This document shows positions 1-12,902 of a stretch of 64,000 nucleotides of DNA, piece after piece (position 1 is the stretch's first letter; each line of letters opens with the position of its first letter). This DNA comes from Pristiophorus japonicus (Eukaryota), in contig NC_091985.1 in NCBI RefSeq assembly GCF_044704955.1, forward strand, positions 108,872,001-108,936,000. The letters run 5' to 3'. The position numbers and the translations under genes were made by a program. A model generated the notes under the pieces. It saw only the letters and a list, made by a program, of their open reading frames with translations. It ran no database searches and had not been told where the DNA came from.

Positions 1-1026
1 AACTTCAGCATACATTGCTGTGTCCCAGGCATACCCCTGCCTTGCAGACCCCTCTTGTGGTTCATCCACTTTGTAAACCAGCCTCGCTATGGGCCTCCTG
101 CACATCCTGGCTAAATGTCCACTCAAGTTACAATTTCTGCAGATGAATTGTTGGAATCGGCAGGTCTTTGCAGCATGTCTGCCCCCGCACCTCCAGCATG
201 AGCTGAGATTGTTGTGAACAAAAGAGCTGTTACCAGGCATTCCTCTCTGATTGTCTCTTTGATTGCTCTTGAGCACTCTGTTTGTGGGTGTCAATCGTCC
301 CATCCCGGGACATATTGTCCCTTGTGATGGTGTAAATGGCCATTCAACCTGCCATTGTCTCTGTTGCGGACCCACCCTCGAGTCTGTTACTGTTTGGTTG
401 GTGTCGAATTGCCCTTGCCTGCCTGCGGGGTTCTGAGTCGCATTTACCATGTTAACTCCCTGCTCCATCGCCACGTTGGGAGCAGAGTTGTGCGCTTATA
501 TGATCTTGGTTTCCTCCTCCCCGGCCATGAAGGTCTGAGCCATCAACGCCGCTGCTTCCAAGGTCAAGTCATTGGTCTCAATTAGCTTCCTAAAAATCCC
601 GGCATGACCAATGCCCTCAATGAAGAAATCTCGTAACATCTTTCCCCTGCAGGCGTCTGTGAACTTACAGAGGCTGGCCAAGGGCCGAAGGTCCGCAACG
701 AAAGCCGGTATGCTCTGCCCTTCCCGACGTCGGTGCGTATAGAATCGGTGTCGGGCCATGTGTATACTGCTCGCCGGTTTGAGGTGCTCACCGATCAGTT
801 TGCTGAGCTCCTCGAAGGTCTTGTCCACCGGCTTCTCGGGTGCGAGCAGGTCTTTCATCAGCGCGTACGTCTTAGGTCCACAGCTGGTCAGTAGATGCGC
901 CCTCCACTTGTCAGCCGCTGCTGCTCCCAGCCAGTCGTTCGTGACAAAGCTCTGATGGAGCCTCTCAACGAAATCGTCCCAGTCCTCACCAACACAGTAC
1001 CGTTCCTCCGTGCTACCGGTGGCCAT
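1..1026 (-). pseudogene. gag: Gypsy gag (capsid-like region plus two CCHC zinc knuckles), interrupted by a stop near 496
   Basis: ORF 496..1062 contains EDWDDFVERL...LRDFFIEGI. The downstream minus-strand frame reads CWRCGGRHAAKTC...CRNCNLSGHLARMC. Confidence 0.85.
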
Positions 1027-1322
1027 TCTCTTGCGTCGCTGATTCCTGTTTCTCATCGCCAAATGTTGTGTCCTTCCACACTACAGCAAATCAACATGAG
1101 GCACATACTGGAGACAAGGTCACTCTGTGACCTGTACCTTTATTCACAGGACCAAGAAGTGATGACCCTGCGTGGGGCCTCCCTTTATGTACCTGGATGA
1201 CCAGGTGAGGAGTGTCTCCCACAAGTTCACCCCCTGTGGTCAAGGTGTGCATTTCTCAGGTGTATACAGTGTACAGTGTTGTTATGTAAGGTTACAGTTA
1301 TGTGAAGGTTACAAGCATGATA
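1..1322 (-). mobile_element. Gypsy LTR retrotransposon, 5' part (5' LTR 1064-1322, PBS, gag); continues beyond window start
   Basis: LTR 1064-1322 reads TG...GATA on + (decayed TG..CA end). The adjacent PBS reads TGGCGATGAG on the minus strand. The LTR is similar to those at 26008 and 29640. gag follows directly. Confidence 0.9.
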
Positions 1323-1961
1323 GAGGGATTAATTTAATCAACATAAGAAGAGCTACATAGCAGGGTAGCTTCAGATTCCTTTCCACTGCTCTGCTCTTTG
1401 CTATTGATATGATACTCTTATTAAAGAGAGGTGCATCTTCTGTGTGATTGGCAAGACTCCCTCAGCAACAGTAAAAGCTACTCCCAATATTGGACAATTG
1501 TTTCTTATTTAATTTGGTTTCTGACTTTCTTGCCCTGCAAAAAAAAGTTATATTTACCAAGCCAGCTCTGTTAATGTCTGATCATTTAAAAAATAGCAGC
1601 ATATGCTGCCTATTTACTTGACAAATATTCTGACTTCAGCAACACTCTTTGAGCAGGATTTTTGGTTGGAGGCACCTTAGGGCATTAATGGCAACGGGGC
1701 AGTAAATTTAGCGCCCTATAAAAGCTTGCACCTCCGTCCAGAAAATTCGCCCGAAAGTCAGTGACAAAGATCGGGGGTGCTAAATCAGGCGGTACACATA
1801 TGTGCTTGGCCGCCCCAACCAAAAACTGTTATGTAAAAAAAGCTCCATTCCTTGCGCAGAGGCACCCTATAGGTCCCGAAGTCAGCTGAAAGTTTAGGGC
1901 GCGGCAATATAAGTTTGCGCATGCGCAGATCCACCTGTGGACTTCGAACAGTGCAGGAGAA

Positions 1962-4052
1962 ATGGCACAGCAGGAAGGACACCTGAGCGCATGCCACTTT
2001 TCCGTCAGGGCCGCTGAAGCACTAATACAGGCCATTGAGAGGAGCTGGCCTGCCTTACATCTCGCTGGAGGAAGGAGGCTCCTGCCAAGAGTGTTTAGGA
2101 GGACTTGGCGGGAGATTGCGCAGGAGGAGCGACAGACACGGTGCGTAGAACTGCCACCCAATGTCGCAAGAAGTTCAACGACCTCACGAGGGTCGTCAGG
2201 GTGAGTATCCTTTACATTTATGCACCCCTGCCATGGTTGCAACATCACTGTCTCACACAATGTAAAGTCTTTGCCAGAGCTGCCCCTTCTCTATGTGCTC
2301 CAGGCCATGGTGTGAGTTGGTGAAGCCTTCTGAAAGCTGGAGGCTCACTTCACCAGCCATGCCCTGCACATGCAAGCATCTTGCACCTTCTTGTTCCCTA
2401 CTCAGTCTCATTCCTCCTCGCTCTACCCTTTGACTCTTGATATGCGTTGGGCTAACGTCACCCTGAACCACAAGCCTAGCTGGTTCTCACAACCTCCCAG
2501 CCTTCCCACCTGCTCAGTGCGCAGATTATAATCCCCATCTTTATACTTCCAGACAGTAGCAGCTAATCTACTATAAAAGGTACATGTGCCACACAATGAG
2601 CTGCACACTCACTCACACCTTCTTCTTGTCCTTATTGTAGGTGAAATTGGTGCACAATCGCCAGGAGCAGCAGCAGACTGGTGATGGAGAGCCTAATCTG
2701 CAGGACCTCACTGAGGTGGAGCAGCGAGTGTTGGCCCTCATGGGCATCCCAGTTCGCGCGGTGGCGTCGGGCGAGACAGAGCCCACTACAGGTAGTGATG
2801 GTACATGAATGGCGTTTCCTATTAATATGAGTTCCTAGACCCCTGATATCAAGTAGCCTACCTCCTTTACATATGCCACCAATGCTACCTTCCGCTTATC
2901 TCCCTGCCCCCTCCCCTGCTACTAACCACACGTCTGTTGCTTTGTACTCACAGATGACCAGCCTGAAGCGCAGCAGCCTGCCCTGAGCCGTCGACATCTG
3001 GGGATGGGGGAGATGATGACAGTGTGCTCCCTGAGCGGGAGACCCCATCAGTCCCACAGAGTGGGGAGACCACATCGGTGGACGAGCCTGATATTGAGGG
3101 GTTTGCGGACTCTGGTGCTCCTGGCCCCCGTGGCCTACAGCAACACCCAGCGGGAGGGGAAGCTCGGAGGCCAGCTCCCCGGGGTTGAGTCGGCCCAGGA
3201 GTCCCGCTGAGAGACAGGCAGATGTGGACCTGGATTTGGAGGCTATGGCCAGGGAGAACATGGAAATGCATCGCAACCTTATGGGTACATTGGATAGGGT
3301 CCCACAGAGCATCGACGGTCATGCTGTGAGTGTGGCGGAGGCCATCTCAAGCATTGCCCTTGCCTCTGAGGAGTCCAACGAGCTCATCCTTGCCGCTCAC
3401 AGAGGGAGATGGATTCAACGAGCGATAGTGGAGTCCCACAGGGGATGGCGTGTGCCATAGTTGCCGTGGCAGCAGCAATCACATCACAGGCCCAAGCCAC
3501 GCAAGAACTTTGTGATGTGATGCTGTCAGTGATTGCTGGCATGAACTCGTAGACTGCTGCGTTTCAGGCTCAGTGTGCAGTGAGTCAGTCTCGGTGTTAT
3601 GCCATGCAATCACTGGCTGCTGTCATCCTCTCTGTGTCCCCCACAGTCGGACGGGGAAGTGACGGTGCCGCACACATTGTGCTCTGGATGTTGAGGCTCC
3701 GCCCCACGTGAATGGCAGTGGCCCGCTGGAAAGGGAAGGTGCTGTCCTTCCTCAAGATGACAGAATTCCGGCTCCCACAACTGCCCCTCCGACTATGCAC
3801 TTACCGAGGTCTACACCCGAGCCATCTCAGACTGCTGCTGCCAATGCTGAGGCAGTGGAGTCCACAGCCGGGCCTTTCAGGGCCAGAGCTGGTCCAGGGC
3901 ATCCTGGTAGGCCCTTTGGAGTGTCTGTCCCACACACGCAGCAACCCTCAAGCAGCCTTGTTGTAGGCACTGAGGCCACATTGAGGAGGGGAACTAGGCG
4001 TGAGAGGGGTGGGGGTGAAGGTGAGAGGTGGGAAATGTCAGGCAAAGACTGA
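1962..4052 (+). pseudogene. Harbinger Myb/SANT-like (MADF/trihelix) DNA-binding protein gene, 3 exons (1962-2200, 2641-2800, 2954-~4052), frameshifted
   Basis: Exon 1 reads WREIA...RTATQCRKKFNDL, followed by donor GTGAGT at 2201. Acceptor TTGTAG ends at 2640, then VKLVHNRQEQQQTGDGEP. Acceptor CTCACAG ends at 2953. The C-terminus is low-complexity/coiled. Confidence 0.8.
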
Positions 4053-4318
4053 CTGACGACTTTGCCCACCATGGGAACATGTACTCCCATAATGTTCTCA
4101 TGTTCAATGTAACTACATATTGCACTTCATTGTGCTTGTTGTGTTTTGTTTTGTTACTTGCTGAGGGGGGGGGCGGGCGTGGGTGGAGGCGTTTGGTTCT
4201 GTTCACTGAGGCGACGATGTTCGGGTCATTTGTAAAATGTTACTTTTGCCGTTTTAATGAGTTTAACGGAGATATGCCATTATTGTCAGTATTAGCTGCA
4301 TCCCTCAGCTTCCTCCAT

Positions 4319-5365
4319 TCAAGAGAACTGAACTATTATGAGGTGGCGACGTGCAGCTCTTGGTCCGACATCATGACGCTGCCTCCTCCATGGATGGTGC
4401 TCCTCCTGGTGCGGATGGCTATTCGGAGCCTCCCCAGGCTCCTCTTCCTCTTCTTCCTCCTCCTGAAGTGGGGCTGCAATCCCCTTGGCAATGCCTGGCC
4501 CCTCATGATGGCCAAGTTGTGCAGCAGGCAGCACATGACAATGAATTCCGACACCTGTTGAGGGGAGTATTGAAGGCTGCCTCCAGAGCGGTCCAGGAAC
4601 AGGAAACGCTGCTTCAGCACCCCTATTGTCTGTTCAATGATGTTGCGGGTGGCCACATGACTTTCATTATAGCGATGCTCCGCTTCTGTGGTGGGGTTGC
4701 GGAGTGGGCTCATTAGCCAGGTGGCCAGGCCATATCTTTTGTCCCCAAGCAGCCAGCCCTGCCCTTCCAATGGTGGCCAAAACAATTGTGACACAGTGCT
4801 CTCATGCAGGATGAAAGCATCATGTGCACTCCCTGGATAGCGAGCATTCACTGCGAGGATGCACTGCGTGTGGTCGCACACCAGCTGCACATTTAGGGAG
4901 TGGTATCCCTTTTGGTTTCTGAATACCTCTACGTTGTGGAATGGTGCTCGCAAGGCCACATGTGTGCAGTCAATGGCTCCTTGAACCCTTGGGAAGCCCG
5001 CAATCCAGCCAAAGCCACATGCCACTCATTGTGGCTCTCGCTGCTCATTGGGAACATTTTGAAGTACATTTTGTGGGTGTACAAAGCCTTTGTGTCCTGG
5101 CGAATGCAGCAATGTGCAACGTATTGAGAGATGCTAAATATTTCCCCTGCTGCAGCCTCGAAGGAGCCGGTGGCATAGAAGGGCAGTGCCACAGTGACCT
5201 TCACTGCGATGGGCATCGCAGTCCTGGTGCCTATGTGAGGCTGCAGGTCTGCCTATAGGAGATGGCATATCTCTGTCAGCACTTCCTTTCGGAAGCGCAG
5301 CCTTCTCACACACTGCTCCTCAGAAAGCTGGAGGTCTCAGCGTTGCTGCCTGTAAACCTGTGGTT
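4319..5365 (-). pseudogene. Harbinger (HARBI1-like) DDE transposase with frameshifts and stops
   Basis: Motifs LSEEQCVRRLRF, VKVTVAL-FYATGSF, GFPRVQGAIDCTH, NVQLVCD, PGSAHDAFIL, LLGDKRY, TRNIIEQTIGVLKQRF, LHN. Confidence 0.92.
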
Positions 5366-7330
5366 TTAAACCGGTGGACTCAATACAAGCTGCAAAACCA
5401 TTGTCATCACCAGCAAGAAATGTACCTATGTACAGTGTCTTTCTAAACAGCACCAGGGTCCTGGGTTCTTATTGTTTCTGTTGTTTTTATTTTTAGAAGC
5501 TGTTTAGGGGATAGAAGCAGAATATGTCTATGTAATATATTCTATGGAAATATAAGTAGTAAAGCCTCCTGTCCAGACGTCTACTACCTCTCCTCATTCG
5601 TGGCCCGACATGGCCAACAGCCCTTCTATCGACGCCGCCTTACATGAGCAGAGAGTAGGATATGTTGATGAACTAGTAATGCCCCCATTAAATTATTTCA
5701 CTGAAGTTGTAAGGAATCTGTAATGGTAGATAAATCTGCTGCTTTAAAGTCAGATGTTCACGCACCGATTTCAGATCCACATCCCTCAATTTAAATACAC
5801 TGCAAATAGTGCCTATTCGACCATGGGACCGCCTGGTTTTTCAGGCGTGACTTGGGGAAGATGTTAAATACGGCGCTTACTACCTAATTTAGCGAGCGGG
5901 GCACTAGCGGGGACGTTGTGCGACGACTGATGTCATGATCTGAATGAAACTACAGAGCGAGGCGGTAGCGTTTTGCACCACCAAAAGACCGGCACCGAAT
6001 TTCCCAGCGGGGTGCTGGAAGCTGGCTGCCCGGGCGATAAGCATTTCGACACCCTTTACCACCCCTCCAGGGCGCAAACAGAGGCGTGATCCAACCGAAA
6101 TATCCAGTGCAATTTAGGTTAAATGAGACACTGAAATAAACCCAAAGATGTACTTTTCACAAGTGCCTCTGGAGGCAGCACCACCCTTGTGTCCAATGTT
6201 GCATATGAAGGCGGAGGCTGCCATCTTTAGAGCCTGGCAATGGGTGGCGTGCTCCCCTGCCTGCACTGTAGGTACTTTCCTGTAGTTTACATCTGCTTCA
6301 GCTTTCGGGAGTGTCAAGCTACCAGAAATAAAGTTACGCCTGGAACTTTCAAACAACTGCAGTATTTGCAGACGAATTTACACATGAGGTTGTTTTTTTT
6401 TTTTCTTGCTCCACTGTTGCGGAATCTGCTGTGAGTTGTAACTGAAATGGATTGCACATCACCGATGGTCTCAGGGGTAACTAAACCACTCCTTCTGGAA
6501 GCAATTCTATGCCTAGAAAAAGGGCATAACTAAAGTCTGTTACATTCACAAATAAATAACAAATATTCCATTCGGAGGTTAACACAGCACATTAAGCTAC
6601 ATGATGTGATTGATTCAGCAACTATCTGTTGAAAAAAGCTTTCATGTGAAGTAACTAAAATAAATCTGTGGAAAATATAACTCCACAACACAGCATGCAA
6701 TTTAAAAACAACCAGCAAAATAATCCGAAAACAGCATATTTGCACTCAGCTTTTTTATACAGATAGATTTTTTTTAAATCCTTACTTCAATAAGTAGTCT
6801 TCAAGTGAAAGCCACAATCATTATGTCACTGCCTAACTGGTAGGTTAATTGATGGGTCAGGTAATATTATACAGTAATACACTCCTAATGTGAGCTGTTC
6901 CTTCCTTCTTGCCAAACGAGATGATGTCGAGATTCATTACTGTGTTGCTGAACTCAAGGACTTTCCAAATCACTGACAGCTCCAACTGCTTTGAATATAA
7001 TTCAAGATGATGTCATGATGGACTTTTCTGTTCTGCACTGTTAAATTGCTAATGTAGTGTCAAAACGGTTGTTAATGTTTAGTCTTAACAGCTCACACTA
7101 TTGAGCTGAAATCATTATATGTCAAGTAATGTGTAAATAAATGAAGAAAAAACACCTATTTGGTTGAGAAATTTGAAATATTAATAATGAAATATTTTGT
7201 TCATAAACAAACACATGCACTGAACAGTGCCTTCATTTACATTTTTATTCTGAAGCAAATCAACAGATTTTGACTGATAAGAAAAGTTTTGGAATCATAT
7301 CTTCAATAATACTCACCATACATTATACCG

Positions 7331-8116
7331 AGGCCTGGATTCTCCTGGCCCACTGGAAACATGGCAGAGTAGCATGTCTGCACACCCATATAATCTGAAC
7401 AGCAGCCCACAGCATTTTCTTCAGGAGAGGGCTGCTAACATAATGTGCAAGACAGATTTAAAGCGGGAATCCTGCTCCTGGCTGTGGCTCTGCCACTGCA
7501 GCAGTTAAAGGGCTGCTGCATCTTACAGGCCCAGAAGATCAGAAATCCCCCTCAGAAGAAAAAAATGAGAGCATTAGAAGAAAATTAAAATGGTAAAATG
7601 AAGAGCAGCATCGTCATATTGAATGATCAAAACCCCGAGATTCTCAGAAACTTCAGTGGAGGTAATGCTGGCAGAAATGAAAGCAAAAAAAGCAGACTCT
7701 TTGGCACTCAAAACACTTAAGTTTTCCACAGCGGATGCACGCTGCCCGCCATATTGGTAAAGGCAGAAAGAGCTGCATCCAGATCATTGCCTGCATTAGG
7801 AGTTTGGCAGTTTCCATATGCAAATAGGGGGTCTAACGCTTGTTTCAGGTTCCTTTGCCAAAATTGGTCTGCCCTGAACACTGCTGGTGCCGGTTGCCTG
7901 TGTTCAGGAAAACCAAGTCTACATGTGCCCGAACCAGCAGACTTAAAGAGATCGCTGTAAGCCATCATCAAAAAGGGAAGTCTTCTCCTGGCACCACAGC
8001 AGTGCCGAAGACTGATGCCAGTCCTCGCTTGGCCTCCTCCTGATCGTCATATTGAATGATTAGGCACCTGTTTTACACTTGTAAACCAACTGTGGCATCA
8101 AACAATTTCTAGGCCC
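7331..8116. mobile_element. Possible old non-autonomous Harbinger-like MITE
   Basis: Ends GGCCTGGATTCT and AATTTCTAGGCCC resemble the GGGC(T/C)(A/G)GA(A/T)TT termini of other Harbingers here. Non-coding interior. Confidence 0.4.
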
Positions 8117-8164
8117 AAGAGTGGTAGTGCTTGAGCAAAACCTGAAGAGGTTGTGGCACTTCTT

Positions 8165-8400
8165 AAAATGTAATTTGTTCTCAGGATGTGGGCAACACTG
8201 ACAAGGCAGGATTTATTGACCATCCCCAGTTTCCCTGAGGGCATTAAGAATCATCCATGTAGTGTGGGACTTTAGTCAGACCCGGGAGGGGTGGCAGTTT
8301 CTCTTACCTGAGGGGCAGTTTTGATAAACTAACAGATTTATTGACTCAATCTCACAACTTGTTGTGGTGGGAGTTGGACTTAATCATTGGGTTGCTAACA
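8165..8400 (-). repeat. Degenerate shark-type SINE remnant
   Basis: GGATGTGGGCAACACTGACAAGGCAGGATTTATTGACCATCCC resembles, from memory, the reverse complement of a common chondrichthyan SINE tail. GTGGTGGGAGTTGGAC resembles an inverted B-box region. Confidence 0.5.
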
Positions 8401-9032
8401 CAGTACTTGTGAGCATTACCACAATGGAACGAACTTATTGAGGGAAAAAAGCTGAGTTAATTCCAGCAGTTTACCTGCCTGGATTGCATCCTGTCCATGA
8501 TATGTATCCCTGGCTCTCAAAGTATTTATTTGAGGAAGGCCGAATCAGGTTTTGGCCATCAGAGCAAGCACATATGGGATGAAAATGAACAAACTCAAAG
8601 TGAATCGGGCTGTGGTCCTATTGGCTCTTTGCTACAGATATCACATCAAAGACCGTGAAAAGATTTGCTCTGTAGCCTTCACATCATGAACAATAAATGG
8701 AAAGACAAGGACCTAGAAACTGGTGAACCCAACAGCCGCAACAACCCCCTGTCTTGAAGATCCACAGGTGTGAAGAGGACACTTGGTTAATTTGGATAGA
8801 CTGAGCATATCACTGTGTCAATTTGTGGTGGAGTTTGGTGTCGCTCCAATTCACCAAAATCTTTTATGGGTATAGGTAGAAAATATTCTGTTCACTGCAG
8901 TCTATAAGGGTGAACTTGAGACACTGAAATCAGTTCAGTCTTTATATAACCGCTGGCCTTGGAGTCATCTACATCCATAGGCTTTGAAGGACCATTTGGC
9001 CTGCAGTAATACTTTCCAAATGCCTTATCTTT

Positions 9033-9514
9033 GGGGCCTGAAACTGATGCACAAGAAGATCATGCAAAATTGGTCCTCTTACAACATTAGAATGTGACCA
9101 GTGTGCTTCAGGAGGCAGTCGCCAGTTCTGCAGAGGATGAAATTCAGCTGGACTAGGCCCATGGTGAGTTCGGGTGGGGTGACGGGGGAAGGAGATCGGG
9201 AGAGGGGTTCTGAGCAGTGGCAGGCAACGACCCACAGTTTCAACGTGGAGACAGGAGAAATATTCCTGCTCCTCCTGGCTCCACAATCAAGTAAGTAAAC
9301 ATTTTTATATTGTGGCAGCCTCCAGCAGGCTCTTTAATCATCACTCCGTCCTGCCCCCACTTCTGCCCCGCTAGTGACGGCCACTCCAGCCACTCCAAAA
9401 AAAGCTAGATGTGCTGAATTTCTCCAGTTTGGCTGCCCCATGCATTGTGGTGGGTGGAACACATTGAAAATGGTAGGTGCGACTAATTTCAGGCAGTGGG
9501 CAATTTCGGGCCCC
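9033..9514. mobile_element. Harbinger-type MITE (~480 bp)
   Basis: 14-bp TIRs GGGGCCTGAAACTG / GGGGCCCGAAATTG (reverse complement), 2 mismatches. Confidence 0.65.
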
Positions 9515-9554
9515 TGGTCTCCTTATCGAAGGAAAGACATATTTGTCTTACAGG

Positions 9555-10650
9555 AAACATAGAAACATAGAAAATATGTGCAGGAGTAGGCCATTCGTCC
9601 CTTCTAGCCTGAACCACCATTCAATGAGTTCATGGCTGAACATGCAACTTCAGTACCCCCTTCCTGCTTTCTCGCCATACCCCTTGATCCCCCTAGTAGT
9701 AAGGACTTCATCTAACTCCCTTTTGAATATATTTAGTGAACTGGCCTCAACAACTTTCTGTGGTAGAGAATTCCACAGGTTCACCACTCTCTGGGTGAAG
9801 AAGTTTCTCCTCATCTCGGTCCTAAATGGCTTACCCCTTATCCTTAGACTGTGACCCCTGGTTCTGGACTTCCCCAACATTGGGAACATTCTTCCTGCAT
9901 CTAACCTGTCTAAACCCGTCAGAATTTTAAACGTTTCTATGAGGTCCCCTCTCATTCTTCTGAACTCCAGTGAATACAAGCCCAGTTGATCCAGTCTTTC
10001 TTGATAGGTCAGTCCCACCATCCCGGGAATCAGTCTGGTGAACCTTCGCTGCACTCCCTCAATAGCAAGAATGTCTTTCCTCAAGTTAGGAGACCAAAAC
10101 TGTACACAATACTCCAGGTGTGGCCTCACCAAGGCCCTGTACAACTGTAGCAACACCTCCCTGTCCCTGTACTCAAATCCCCTCGCTATGAAGGCCAACA
10201 TGCCATTTGCTTTCTTAACCGCCTGCTGTACCTGCATGCCAACCTTCAATGACTGATGTACCATGACACTCAGGTCTCGTTGCACCTCCCCTTTTCCTAA
10301 CCACTCAGATAATAGTCTGTCTCTCTGTTTTTACCACCAAAGTGGATAACCTCATATTTATCCACATTATACTTCATCTGCCATGCATTTGCCCACTCAC
10401 CTAACCTATCCCAGTCAATCTGCAGCCTCATAGCATCCTCCTCGCAGCTCACACTGCCACACAACTTAGTGTCATCCGCAAATTTGGAGATACTACATTT
10501 AATCCCCTCGTCTAAATCATTAATGTACAATGTAAACAGCTGGGGCCCCAGCACAGAACCTTGCGGTACCCCACTAGTCACTGCCTGCCATTCTGAAAAG
10601 TACCCATTTACTCTTACTCTTTGCTTCCTGTCTGCCAACCAGTTCTCAAT
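9555..10650 (-). mobile_element. CR1 LINE, 5'-truncated (RT C-terminal half plus 3' UTR with (TTTCTATG)n tail)
   Basis: ORFs 10297..10665 (SGVPQGSVLGP, FADD) and 9650..10285 (VRPHLEYC, RRMRGDLI). AAACATAGAAACATAG tail at 9555. Confidence 0.95.
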
Positions 10651-10825
10651 CCAACGAAGGTTCACTGGCTGGTTCCTGGGATAAGAGGATTGCCCGATGA
10701 GGAGCGATTAAGTAGACAAGATCTATATTCTCTAGTATTTAGAAGAATGAGAGGCGATCTAATTAAAGCTGGATTTTCAGTTGTCTCAGTTAGCGCCCAG
10801 AGGGGACGTTAATGGGTTACTGATC

Positions 10826-11116
10826 GGGAGCTGGTGAGAAAACCAGTGGCACTTCGGGGCCATAAAAGGAGCGGTGAGCGGCCCAGGAGCAGTGTGGAGG
10901 CATACCACTTCAGGGAGCAGCGCAAGCTGCGATGGCAACCAAGAGTGACGTCATCAACGTCCAGGTCGATGATTGGAGCGTGGGCGGCAGATACAGCAGG
11001 AGCGGTGAGGTCGGGGCGAAGGAGCGGCGAGAGATTGTAGAAGGATGTGATCGGGGCCTAGGGGAGGCGTGAGTTCGGGGCCAGGGGCCCAGGGGCTGCA
11101 CCCACCAGCCCACAGT
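10826..11116 (+). repeat. GC-rich interspersed repeat, possibly the 5' UTR of a LINE
   Basis: CpG-rich 290-bp block unrelated to the flanking Harbinger and CR1 sequence. Family assignment is from memory only. Confidence 0.3.
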
Positions 11117-11740
11117 GAACATAAGAGCATAAGAAATAGGAGCAGGAGTAGGCCATTGGCCCCTCGAGCCTGCTCGGCCATTTAATAAGATTACGGCTGA
11201 TCTGATCATGGGCTCAGCTCCACTTCCCTGCCTGCTGCCCATAACCCTTCATCATTCAAAAATCTGTCTTTCTCCACCTTAAATATATTCAATGACCCAG
11301 CCTCCACAGCTCTTTGGGGCAGAGAATTCCACAGATTTACAACCCTCTGAGAGAAGAAATTTCTCCATCTCAGTTCTAAATGGGTGACCCCTGATTCTTA
11401 AACTATGCCCCCTAGTTCTAGATTCCCCCATGAGTGGAAACATCCTCTCTGCTTCTACCTTGTCGAGCCCACTCAGTATCTTATACGTTTCAATAAAATC
11501 ACCTCTCATTCTTCTAAACTCCAATAAGTTAATCCCTTTATCTCAGGAATCAACCGAGTGAATCTTCTCTGAACTGCAAGTATATCTCTCCTTAAGGAGA
11601 CCAAAACTGTATGCAGTGCTCAAGGTGTGGTCTCACCAATACCCTGTACAATTGTAGCAGGACTTCTCTGCTTTTATGCTCCATCCCCCTTGCAATATTC
11701 CATTTGCCTTCCTTTGCTGTAGCTGTATACTAACTTTACG
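11117..11740 (-). mobile_element. CR1 LINE 3' fragment
   Basis: ORF 11279..11524 (EFRRMRGDFIETYKIL). AACATAAGAGCATAAGAA tail. Confidence 0.9.
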
Positions 11741-11745
11741 TATAA

Positions 11746-12660
11746 TCATGAAGGTCACAGTGGCACTCACCTTCTATGCCTCCAGCTCCGTCCAGGCTGC
11801 ATCAGGGGACATATGAACGTCTCACAATTCGCAGCACATCGCTGCATCCGCGACGTCCCATGGGCTCTGTACAACCGTCGAATGCACTTCATTACCTTCC
11901 CGATGACCAGGGAGAAACAGGATGAGCGCCCATGTGGGTTTGCCAGGATAGCGGGCATCCCGAGTGTACAAGGAACAATTGACTGCATGCACATGACCGT
12001 GCGAGCACCATTCACCATGATACGCATGGTATGGTAATTGTGTGGGACAAGCTCGCTGGATCAGATGGTCTTTACCTGTCGGTCATTGTATGTATGTCCG
12101 TATGTTCGTATTCCGGAATGCAGAGGTATTCAGAAACAGAAAGGGATACCACTCCCTAAATGTGCAACTGGTGTGCGACCACACACAGCGCATCCTCACA
12201 GACAATGCTCGCTATCCTGGAAGTGCGCATGAAGCCTTTATCCTGCAGAAGAGCACTGTGCCTCAACTGTTTCAGCCACCAGGGCAAGGCTGAGGCTGGC
12301 TGCTTGAGGACAAGGGATATGGCCTGGACATCTGGCTAATGCCCCCTCCCCCCATACAACTCCACCACAGAGCTAGAGAAACACTACAATGAGAGCCATG
12401 CTGCCACCTGTAATATCATAGAGCAGACAATATGGGTCCTGAAGCAGCGATTCCGATGCCTGGACCGATCTGGAGGCAGCTTTCAATGCACCCCTCAATA
12501 GGTCTCCCTATTCATTATGGTGTGCAGCAACACGATGAGGACTAGCAACATCCACGGAAGAGGCAGTGTACCAATGTTAGCGGTGGCAGGGCTATTTGAT
12601 GGCAGTTCACAATGGAACATTTCGCTTAAATGGAGGGAGCTGAGGGATGCAGCTAATAAT
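11746..12660 (+). pseudogene. Harbinger DDE transposase remnant
   Basis: Motifs [53 protein letters not shown]. Paralogous to 4319-5365. Confidence 0.88.
12014..12109 (+). repeat. 96-bp LINE/SINE 3'-tail insertion inside the transposase
   Basis: Ends in GGTCTTTACCTGTCGGTCATT(GTATGT..)n. Flanked by a candidate ATTC duplication. Removing it restores RAPF-RNAEVF. Confidence 0.65.
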
Positions 12661-12902
12661 GAGCACGTATTGAGGCACGATAATGCCACCTCGCCGTTAT
12701 GTCAACAGTCATACACCAGAGGCTGAAGGAAACATTCAACATTACATTTTATTACAAATACATCCCTCAAACAACCCCAAAAACACCACCCCGGCAAAGA
12801 AATCACAATGGGGTACCCGCCCCTTCAAATAATACAACAGATGAATAACATCTTATCTACTTAGGGCCTATGGCCACACCTTTCATCAGTGGGTCTTGCG
12901 TA

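Larger units (their letters stand above)
1651..6110. mobile_element. PIF/Harbinger DNA transposon, near full length, with convergent Myb/SANT (+) and transposase (-) genes
   Basis: Degenerate TIRs: left GAGCAGGATTTTTGGTTGGA, right reverse complement GCACTGGATATTTCGGTTGGA. The two-gene layout is typical of Harbinger. No clean TSD. Confidence 0.85.

Noticed and set aside
4028-4561. 177-aa hydrophobic ORF resembling a membrane protein
   Set aside because: Antisense to the transposase C-terminus and T-rich UTR; the hydrophobicity comes from the complement of GAG/GAA repeats.
4336-5025. Domesticated host HARBI1 gene
   Set aside because: It lies between TIRs next to a Myb partner, has stops and frameshifts, and has a decayed paralog at 11746.
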